From Tubiluchus corallicola (Eukaryota > Animalia > Priapulida): a DNA stretch of 64,000 nt. Both the position numbers and the translations under genes were made by a program. Shown piece after piece: positions 1 through 12,000 of this stretch; position 1 is the first letter of the stretch, and each line of letters begins with the position of its first letter. Location of the stretch: contig JAQGDQ010000001.1 of NCBI GenBank assembly GCA_030141605.1, positions 372,001-436,000 on the forward strand, given 5' to 3'. The notes beneath the pieces are model-generated. The model was not told the origin of the DNA and made no database searches. It saw only the letters and a list, made by a program, of their open reading frames with translations.

Positions 1-3000
1 TATTCATTAAACTTTGGCAAGTTTGAAAAAAAAACAATTTAAAATTGTGAAAAAATAAAGAAATATAAATAGAAATGAAAAAATTCATTCCATTCAAGCA
101 AAGATGTACTAACCTCTGAAACTTTGGCCTATAAAAAATAAAAGCCTTTATTAGCCTAATATACTAATAATCAAAACAAAGTTATAAAAATAATTGTATA
201 GATCAATGCATACACCTAAGCAAGCTACTTAAAAGAAGTACAAATTAAAAAAATCAAAGACCCAACATCAAACTTGCATTTAAAGTCACTAATTAATTTA
301 GCTCAGCTATTTTCAAAATATTATAGTTGTAGCGATTGTTTCTTCATGAAACTTTTATACATAAGTATGAGTTCTGATTATATTAATAATATTAAATTAA
401 TATTTTTGTTCTGCTTATAATTATGGCATCAAAATCTATATTAACAAAACACTTGCTGCAATGTTTCAAGTCATCACTTTTTTGCCAGTAACAGAATATT
501 TTTTCAGCATGCTTAAGTCAAACAGCAACAAGATGGGCCAAAGGCCATTGAAAATGTTTCACCTGCCAAATGTAATAAATTGTTTAATAATGTAAAACCA
601 TGCAATAAATCAAATTCCAAAAAAGATAGTTATATTAATATTGCTAAGAGTTATAAGCAGGCATTGGCTTTAAGCCTAAAAAGAAAGCGCAAATGTTACA
701 CCATTAGCAAATGATCTAGAAATGGATTTGCAAGGCTTTTTTGTCATAAAAAGCAGAATATGCAAACAGAATCTTTAAAGACAGCTTAACCCTAAGAATA
801 ATTCAGAAACCCAAAAAGTCAAAAAGACAACGTCTTTGTTATAGCCAATAGGCAACAGCCACAAGAGAGGTAATAAAGAGTTGCCAAAATGCAAAGATAC
901 TGCGCACACCATTTACTCAACTTGATGAAGATGGAAAAGAGACACGTCGATGAAATCATCCACTTTTCATTGCAATAGGAACTAAGTGCACAAAGAGAAG
1001 ACATCAGTTTTATGCAAAATTCAGTACATTATAACCATGTTACAGATGTGCTTATGTGAATAATTTTCATACACTATTTCTTTTGATTAAATATAACACA
1101 ACGTAATATTACATAAACATAACATAAAAACTCTATAGTGTATTTTTTGAGTGCTTAATTTTTTACAACATTTATTTCTTTTAGTATTTCACTTTTGCTC
1201 ATTTAGCAGTGAACACTATTCCAAGTGCACTGGAAATCATTTTCTTGCTCTGTATGTTATTTGACAGCTGATAATTTATGGAAAGACTACAAAGATGCAA
1301 GAAAACCACTTCTATTAAACAAACATAAGAATGTAACACTTCAATAGCACGTTCAGAGTTAATAAGAGATTGGAAGTCCAGGAGATTACAGCATAGGTCT
1401 AGTAAGGCAAATAGAGAAAGTGTCCAGTGAAAAATTTGAATCTCACACACCTGGTGATTAAAAAAATTGTATTTTCAACTATTAACCAAACTGAAACCCT
1501 TAAAAAGGTGAGAAATGCAGAAAAACCACTGGACTAATAATCGGATTCCAAGACAACAGAAAGAGAGCTTCTCACTACAAAGAATAGTGAGAAACAAGAA
1601 AATACATTTTTTTATTATATTTCAAGGGTTTTTTATTGGTTCCCCAAAGAGACAACTAAAAGCAAGAATAGGCAAAGGCAGACTGTAAAGCACTATTGGC
1701 TTAGAGGATAAAAACTTAGTTGAACAGTGAACCAGTAATGAGCTACTTAATGCATAAACAATACAACAGTCAGTTGCTAAAAATCTAGTCTGTTTCTCAA
1801 AATAAGTTATAATCATTTTTATACAAATCATCCCATATAAGACCAATTCAATAGTTTGAAAGTGAAAATATGAATGCAAGTTCGGAAAAGTAGAATTTCC
1901 GTGACTAATAGGTTAGTGATACATCGTGACTAGTGGCGTTCTTCTTGAAGCAGTGTTTGGTTGTAGCTAAGAAAAGAATTTTCTGATAAAAATTCCATAA
2001 GTGGTTGACAAAACCTCCCAAGAAAGTAGTCCAAAGAAAACACAGTATTTACATGTAATCAGTTTTTTTTGTGTACAGGTATATACGTGACAAAAATATG
2101 AGAAGCAGCAGCAAAATGAATAATCTGAGCAAAAATGTTTAAGTTCAGGAATTGTTATGACTGACGAGATTATGAAAGCTTCTTTTGTAAAAGCAGCGAT
2201 AAAAGACTCTTAAATGATATGAACTACTATCAATAAGCAAGAGATGGTAAGAGTATCATAAGATACAGTATAATATTAATGAATCAGGCTGTAGCAATAA
2301 AATGTATCCATTACATGGATAGTAAAGGTGTAGAGTTGTAAAAACAAGCCATGCAAAACAGGCTTTCACAAACCTTCCTGAATGATGCACTGGCACCAAG
2401 TTCATTAACTACAACTTCTGCAACTTCTGCCATGTGTTCCAACTGACGTCATACCACAAAATCATTAAATAATAGATTTAGCAAAATGCAAGCTAACTGC
2501 CGCACATTTTTGTAAGCCTAGCTGTTCTCCTTAAGCGAGCGCATATAATGTAACACAAAAGTTTAGACTTAGGAAATAAATCTGTTCCAAAATAATTATC
2601 CAGTCAATGATACCATGAAACTGGTAAGTCATATCTGTTACAGTGAATAGTGCAAACATGACATTTGCAATTTCTGAAACCATTAATTTGGGATTGTGAA
2701 ATTTTGCATTTCTAAAATACTTCCTACAAATAAGAACACCATCATGCACAAACTTTGTGGTTTATTAATTTTTGTCTAACTGCAAATTGCTTGGACTCTA
2801 CTGAAACAAGAAGAATCAATTAACTAGAACTGCAGCAGACTGCAAAACACATGTAAAGTTTTCAACAAGTTGCATATTGGGTTGTCCGATGCCTAGTACC
2901 TTGCCTAAATACTTAAGTTTCCACAGAATGAGACTAAAAACACTTGGTATTACACTTAAGTATGGCCAGGTTATGCAAAACTATGTTATATAAGAAATGC

Positions 3001-6000
3001 TGTACATGTATTAATTTAATCAAGCATATTTTAGTAAAAATATTCATGCTGAATGCTGCATGCAAACAAATGAAACAAAAAAGCTAAACAGAAGATATAT
3101 TGTAACCAGACATTACAACTGTAACAAACTCTATTGCACACGTTCTCAGTAGATACTAGACAGTTTCAAAAGTAAATTTGTGGCTGAAGACACACATTAG
3201 ACCCCAAAATTATAATAGAAAGCTTTGCACATACAAAAACTTTTGAAAGAAAAGCATAGATACACATTAAAAAATCTTCTTAATATTAAATTGGATGGAT
3301 TGATGAAATTCGAGAACCATTTTATAGGAAAGAATAAGCACACATTTGCTTCAATAACTGTTCTGTATAGACCTTCTGTTTAAAATATTAACTAGACATT
3401 GATCATTATTATGTACTACTAAGTTAATGCAGCATGCTTTTACAGTGTTATTGAAACTGGTAATAATACGATTAAAGTAAACATGCAGCACCTGAGTATA
3501 AGGTACGAAACTTCAAGCAGTTAATCATAAAAACACACGGGTCGAAGACGTTTACTCAAACTGTCATAAGATTAATATATTTGCAAAATATAAAATATAA
3601 AAAATAAGTAAAAATATAAAACACATAGGTAAACTTGAAAAGATTTTGAAATATGTCTTACACACCTCCAAAGGACTTTCCTGTTTTCAAAAAAGCGGAG
3701 AAAATTGTGGATAAGTATATAAGCATGTCACCATATTATATATCTAATAGTAAAATTAAGTAATCAATATAATATTATAATAATTGTAATTATATAAAGC
3801 TAAATTCACAATTGTTAAAAGTGATTCAGTGTTGTTAGTACCTATATACATAGTGAGATTTCTTACAGTTATTCCTGTAATGCAATGCTTTAATGTACTA
3901 ATAATTCTAATCCTAAACGTGTTATTTGTTGCATCAAACAGCAGTGTTGTTTTAACAGTCATTGTGCTGTTACCCGATTAACTTAACTATAATGCCTATT
4001 TTATTCATATGGCGTGTCCGGATTTCTTCACAGCTTTCTAATAAAATTAAGTGTACAAAGTCAACTTACCCCAAATCCGGCTGCCTGGTTTGCTTTGAAT
4101 GCTCTCCAGTTTTCCAGTATAATAAGACCCGCATAAATTTTTCCTACAGACATTTTGCCTGTATTCAATTCTGCAATTAAACACAAATAATTAAACACCA
4201 GCTGTATTCAGTTTTGCATTAAAAACATAAAACAGTGAGAAATGCAGAGCAAGGCAAAAGTTCGTATGAATAATCTATGAGCAAAAATTACAATAAAAGG
4301 AAAATAAAAATTTGCCCAAAGGGTTCAAAATTAAGTTAACAGATACCTGTTCTACTGTTATGAAATGCCCCATACAAATCACAGTCTTGATGAAATTATT
4401 TTATTTATGAAACTCCAAAAACATTGTCACCTTCCTATTCTCTAAAAGTGATAATATTTCTGATGGATTTATAAATAAAGTAATTCACAAAAAGGAGGAT
4501 CTTAGCTGGTCGGCAAATTAAACTAAAAATGTAGCTCCTAAGTCATAATTTGAGCTTGTGAATGATAATCACGCAGGCAAGCACGCACACACACACAAGC
4601 AGGGCAGCAAATAACACAGAAAGCCTATTTCTCACATGCCACAATTCTGTTCTAACAACGAGAAAAGCAAAATGTTCTTAGGTTCTTACAATTCTAATTC
4701 TTGAATTGTCATTAGCTTGTGTTGCTATAATCTAAAGTCCAGCATTATTAACAAGCATATTCACTAAGAAATTCAGAAAAACTAAGCCAATTTCACTTCT
4801 TGTTCACTTACAGTATTATAATCAAACTTAAAGCAGCAAATAGTCTTGCAGTCACACATTTGATATTCTTATTGATTAAGGATCTTTTTGAAAAGCAAAA
4901 GATCTTTTAGACAAGTATAAGTAAAGGTTGGATTTCTGATCAGAACAAGTAAAAAAAACATTGTAAAACAAATGACGGTGTACTGCGTCAGGTGAAAAAG
5001 CAAGTTTACAAAAGTAATACGCTATTTGTTGATAAATATACCTTCGCTAGGTGGCACCAATTTATTTAACATCTTCTTTGCTTGTATCGGCCACAGAGTC
5101 TTTATGATTCGTTTGAGATCTTCATCTGCTTGATCCATCTCCTCCGCTAAAAATCCAATATATTCTTTGTAAACATATTAATTTTATTACTTCACTGTAA
5201 ACAATAACTAATAATTTCTATCTTTTAAACTCATATTAAATAAATTGAAAGTATCCCAATGTACCCCACTTTTGTTGCTAAATAGTGTTCACACAATTCA
5301 GTCGCAATTATAACATGTCAAGCATTAAACATGAAGGTTAAGCTTAGTATAATTTTAGCAAAGTACAATCTAACCAGTGATGTAGTGAAGCAATTTTCAA
5401 TGATTTATAAAAATATTTCATAACAGTTTTTGTTAAAATAAGGTGCAGCTATTGTGGCTTGCTGAAATATGTTGCTTGTCTTTTTAGATCCCTAATTATT
5501 AAAGCAACTATGGCATAGACACTAGGCGTATTATGCTTAATAGTTAATCTTATAAACTACAACTGACATGATGAAACCATCACATTATAAGAAAATATGC
5601 ATAATAATCAGACCTCAGAACAGTTCCCTATTTCATATAGAAGTAAATCTATCAATAATTTGATTCCAATGATGGGCAATCATTATCAAAGCATTATCAA
5701 TCCATTTTCTGTCAAACCGTATGTACCTCACTTACGTTCAATTTTTTATAAGATCTAAATGCCAAACGGTGGAAAACTTTTCTTTAAAAAACACAACATT
5801 TACTTCAGTTTTCTTTACTTGTTTCCACATGAATAATTTTCAAATAATTCACTAATTACGAGCAGAGATTACAAGTGAATTCCAACACTTCATCTGGCCC
5901 CTCATGAAAGTGCTTATTGGTATGGTAAAGACTGATGAGTGTAACACACATGCTTGGAAAGATGTGACCAACCCGAAACTTGGGTGATTAGAAAGAGTTA

Positions 6001-9000
6001 TAAAGAGTTATTCAGACAACAGTTCACTGAAAACTGAAGATAATTTTTTTATTACATTGAGGCAAAAGTCAATGCACAGGCAAACATAATAATGTAAAAA
6101 CAACTGGAAATTCAAAACCAATTAGCAAAAATGTTGGCAAAACATTGACAAAAATAAATGCATTAGGTTCCGTTTCAGTTTGTATACTAATGACTACAAC
6201 ACATTTTAATACATTGCATTGCTGCTATTATGAAACAAAAAAGACTGAGACTATTTGGAATGCATACTAATACGTGAAGTTTAGCGCACAGTGCAAGCAC
6301 AAACTTCAGTTAAATGAGAAACATAACCATGCTTAACTAGGAAACTAAGAAATTCCATTGCAAAGAATCTTAATTATATGTTACTTTATTACCAATGTTT
6401 ATTATAGCTAAGGCAGTTGCATATTTAATCACAGAGAGATAACACTGTGTAAATACTGTATACAATTTTGTAAATACAGCTATCAGAAAGCATAACTGTA
6501 TAGTGTTAACTGTAGTCTTAGGTGCAGCCATGGTAAATCCCCTTAATGCATACATGCTAGAAGCTTATGAGTGCTAAGAAGCTTTAAATGTGCAGGATAG
6601 ATATACAACAGCAACACTCCAGGATAACTTGAAGACAGTTAAATTGATATGGTAAGCATTATCACAAAGCTAAAAATATAGATTAGTGGGAATGAAAACG
6701 TATAGTTATTTATTTAGCAAATATTTCACCACACATGCAGACATTTTTACGTAAAACTGTCACAATTCCGGTAGGTCAGAAAAAAGTCGTGAAGCATCAT
6801 AAAAAATTCACGACACCATTAGCCTGATATAATGCATTATGCAAATAATTCTTAAGCAACTCACAGTGCAGAAAAAGTCAGCCAACACACTGGAATTAAA
6901 AATTAAAAGAATAAGTCAACTGTCAATCAAATAGACATTCTTTACATCTTTGGTTAGTGTTTTAGACAGAGGGCTCATACAGTTTTGGTTCCAAACACAT
7001 AGAGTTATGCATGTTTGTCTTCACAAAAGATTTATAAATTCATGCAGAAGCAAAGTTCAAACCTATTGTAAAATGCAAGCCATCCTATTTGACTGTCTCT
7101 TCGCTCCTGGAACACACACAATAATAAAAGCACTTACTTGTCAAAGCAGGCATGTCATCATCATTCTTACCATTTCTCATCTTTATACCGAGCGACTCAC
7201 GGATAAGAGCAAATAAAGTGGTTTTGAAATGCACGCTGTTGTCCTCGGCTACAGGCATGTTCATTCGTATTAATCGCTGCAAACAAAATTAAAAAAGCAG
7301 ATATATATTTTTTTGAATTTTGAAGCACACAAAGAATTTTAAATAGCTTAGCAATTTTATTACAACTGTGAATTCAATCGAAAAAGTGCCAAAGTGAATT
7401 CTGTAGATTTTTAACTATCATTTCCTACACCTTGCAGTGAATATTAGGAAAGTGTTACAGATAACTATCAAACATGCTACAGCACCTGTATTAATTAGTC
7501 TGTGTGGCTTGCTAGCTGAATATTAACCAGAGTCACAACAGAAGATTTAATTATGCACATTTTCTTTTCAGGCAATTAATCAAATAGCCAATAAAAACTG
7601 TACTAGTTATCTTAGTTAACAAAAGACATAATGCTTGCCAGTTGTGTGTACCATAAGCACTTGATGCTTCTACTGGATAATGAGATAGGCATAAAAAATA
7701 CATCCAAGCTGGATGTTGAACCATACCTGCAATACTTTGTACTCATAAATAACACATTTGAACACACCTTGTATGCAAGTCTATAAGGACACTTTCTTCC
7801 AAAGCCAACAGGTGGAGCCATATTTCTTAACATCTCATACATATCACTGTAATGAGCTCGCCCACTAAAATAGGAGAGTTTAATATTACTTTCATAACAT
7901 AATTGCATTGCATCATTTTAGACAACAATATTTTCTAAGCATACTTTATACATACTAAAGCAGAAAACTCATTATGCTGCATGGTTAATCTAGAGAAAAA
8001 AATCACCCAGGAAATGTTAAATCCTCTTTACCATCTGGCATACAATTCTAATACAGAGAAATGTATTGGTATTTATGCTCAAAATAATAAAACTCACGTA
8101 GCTTGTGGATCAATCTCTGCCCAACCGCGAAGAAACTCATCAAGGTGATGTGGTCCGAGTATAGATGAGTCCCTGGTTAAGTAGTCAAAGTTGTCCATAA
8201 TAACAGCCACAAACAAATTAAGCATCTGAAATAAATCAAATTTTTTTAAATATAATATTTACAACATAATTTAAAAGTTAGATTAGAATAAACAACTGAA
8301 ATCAGCAATTAATATCAGCAAACAAGAATAAGAATACTTTTTACTAAAATATGAGCACAAACATTCTTTATACAAAATATATTGCAAAATTCTTAAAATA
8401 TAAATAATACTACAAGAAGCAATATTCATAAGTTTTAATACAAGCAAGAGAAAACAAATTAAATTAACCTGCAGTATTCCAACAATGTCTAACATCTTTT
8501 GTTCTATCTACCCTACATCTCTCTTAAATAAGTATTTTGATAAACACACCGCAGCTCTCTAACTTTCTGTCAATGTGTTTTTTGATTGTTATTAAATTAT
8601 TAAATATTCTCACCAAAAAAGAACAGAGAAAAATAAAGCTACAGAAGTAGAAATAAGCAAAGTCTGATCCACAGCTGTCTGTATTTGTTGATATTGGGTC
8701 GCACTCTTTTCCACCCAAGCAGTCTAGCATAATAAGTTGCCAATTCTCTCCAGTCGCACACCTGTATAGCAACAAATCAAATTCATTAATCAGTCATGCA
8801 TTGTCAAGAGCATAGATACAAAAAAGCAGTTGAATTAATCTCTTGTGTTGAATATGATCCAAACTAAGTAAAGTGACCTATTGCAGCATTACTTCTTTAC
8901 TGTCACTCTTTACTTTATTATCACAGACAACATCATACCAAGTGTGATTAACCAATTACAGTTATTTTGTCAAATACATATTTGAAGGCATACTTAGTCA

Positions 9001-12000
9001 ACAGCTGGAAAAAACACAGCATAGATTGCAATACTTGAAAAATTGATCTCATGCAATTAGTCAACTATGATATGATCAAAATTTTAAGAAAAATGTTCAC
9101 AATTTATGAATTTGCATGCCAGTGAGTGCGTGATATATGCCAAAAATGTACATATTCGTTAACAACATAACATTTTAATAATAATCATTTTCTCAGCTAT
9201 TTTAAATGTCAGCATGGAGTTGTGTAAGTAAGAATTTCAAGCTTGTAAGCAAGAGAAAGAATTTTAATATTACGCTTACCATTTTGCACAGTACTTTGGT
9301 ATTTCAAAGGTCATGGACTTTTATTTGTTTCAATTTGTGTAACTTGATAACCCCAGTTTTACATTATGGCCCTACTCACTTTCAGAAAGAAAGTCATTAT
9401 AGTACCGTGTATTAAAACTATCACACCAGTGCATTTTAGTAACCTGCTGTCCAAAAATTTTAGTCAACTTTCATTATTTTAAGCAACTTACACATGCAGC
9501 TTGTAGTTGTATATGCATGTAGTTATGTGAATTAGCTGTAACATAATAATATGCTAAAATATCAGAGTTTTGAGGAATCCAGAAAGAATGAACACCTTTG
9601 AAATTATCTATTGGTCATCACATCTTTATTGTAGTAACATTCTTCTATTATTTAGTGCTTGTTCAAGTAAGTATTAAATTCAGAGCAAGTAAAACAGGGT
9701 TACATCAGCATGCAACACAATGATCATGCCAACTGCATGCTGAAATCCAGCAACAAAACTAAACAAATGCTTCACTTAACACACTAAAGGGAACACATAT
9801 AGGCATCACTTCCGCAGCTGAGGCACAAGTGACAGTAAAATGAGCAAGTGTCACAGTCTGGGAGGACGTGGCATTCGGACATAGCAATTTGGGCTCGGGA
9901 CTTTTGGACACAGGACACTTGGGCATGAGACATTTGGGCACCAAAAAAATTTAATACTGTCCCCAATTTTTTTACATTGTTTATTAAATTTTAAACGACT
10001 CATTATAATTTCCTAACTCTCACAATTTTGTTAAAAATCACCGCTTCATTAAATTAAACATATGCAGTAATATATGATTATAACAATTAAATCAGTAATA
10101 TATGATTATAACAATTGACTTTATACTTTTTGGTTTTTCACTTTAATTCAGTATTTTATTTGTAGCTTTTAAAATAAACGAAGCAGAAGAAGACACTGCA
10201 TTTTATTAAAATATAATACAACTACGTCAGTATTTTATTTAAAAAAATATATTCATTGAATGGTTGGTGCATTTTAGAAGAAACCAACTTAAAATGCATT
10301 GTTTAGTTCATTAGTTTGCTTATAACTAGCTGTTAACTAGATCACTTAGTAAATGAAGCATATTTATCAATATCAAGATCAACACACTTATTTTGTAATC
10401 ATTTTTTCTGTATCTCTTGCGAAATAGCGCGTGATAATAAAAAAGCTATGCATTCAGCAGTAGAGCTTTCTGCTCTATTATATATATATATATATATATA
10501 ATACACATACTCTTGTACATATATATATATATATGTAAACTGTAGTTGTTTATAGTTTTAACCAATCGTATGGACCACAAAAATTACTTTTTCCTTACAA
10601 ACACTTTAGACGTTTTAAAAGTTTACATGGTAATTGGGCTGTGAACAAAGATTCCCACAATAATTTTAGCTTGTTAGGTAGCATGACATGTAGTGCAAAA
10701 CAAAAATAATGTATTCTTGCATATTGCCGATGTCAGCACTGGCGCCCAAGTGCCTAGCAGTCAAGTGGCCACACCAAAATAAAATAAAATGTCATGTCCC
10801 CCGGTCTGGAGAGCACAAGGATAAAACAGTGAGTACTTTTTACACCAGGCAAGTGTTGAAAAAAAGATCAAATATTAAATGGCATGTGTGTGTGTGTGTG
10901 TGCAGAGGAGGATTACATTCGCTTGCATATAAATAATTGCAAGCAGCCAGTCAAAGTTTAATGTTAATTGCTACCATTTTAATTATCAAATGTAATTAGT
11001 GTATCTAGGAGTTTAATGTTTTTTTAACATTGAACTTTGACAACACTTGCCTGAAGAGCAACAGACATCCTGAGAAAAATGTGTTGAAGTTATTTTGGTT
11101 GTTTATGGCTGTTAGTGGGTCCAGTTTAACATTTCCAAATACCTAATAATGTATGCTAGTATTAAACATTAACTATACAATAATTAGGAGCATGGGGAAA
11201 GACTACAGCACTGTTAAACAGATCTTTTCCATTCTTTTCAACAACTTTTTCAGCAATGTTGGAGCACACATTTATAGTGCATTTCAGTTACATGTCTACA
11301 CTTTTGTGAGTTGGTTTTTTGATTAAAACTGCTTGCAATGAAAATGAAACTCAGCTTTATAAAAATTACAATTCTTATTGTTCAGCGTCACAGGTTGAAT
11401 TTTTCGGACTTTGTTTTAATTAAGAAACAAGGTTGGAAAACTTATCAATACGTAAACAACCTTGCATATAATAATCCATCTCCTGAAGTTAACTAGCAAT
11501 GTAACAACAGTGTTATAACCTTTCCACAAAAATATTATACACAAGTAATCGCAGGCCTTTGAGAAAAACGAGTCAGACACAGTTTCTGCCACAGAATCAC
11601 TGGACTCTATGCATAATACACAAACATGCATCTGTTCTACGCAAGAAAGGGTTCACGTATATACAGTTATTCCCTTCTTCACTCACCGAAATAAAAGTAG
11701 TAAGCCGGATGGAAAGTCTCGGAAATTGTTATGTTCGTTAATGGCACCACTAGCATTTAGTAGAATATTTCCAAACACCTTCGTGGGTTAAATATCAAGC
11801 ACAAACGTTTTCAAACAATTGGTTAACGTTTGGAAAACATTGAAAGTTAAAATATACTATATTTCACTGTTTCAATAGTAACTTTATGAAGTAGTGACAC
11901 CGATGCACTGGGCGGATAAATTTTTATTGATAATAAAAAGGAAGCATCAAAATGCTGGCGCACGTAGCAACAATGGGAATTTTTTAATGAACATTACATT

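Noticed and set aside
1443-1470. cag|gtgtgt recursive splice site or zero-length exon (similar site near 33570)
   Set aside because: Introns are short for recursive splicing and the motif is expected by chance.
7277-8097. Duplicated EF-hand exon (vertebrate 37a/37b type)
   Set aside because: Only one 97-nt copy present.
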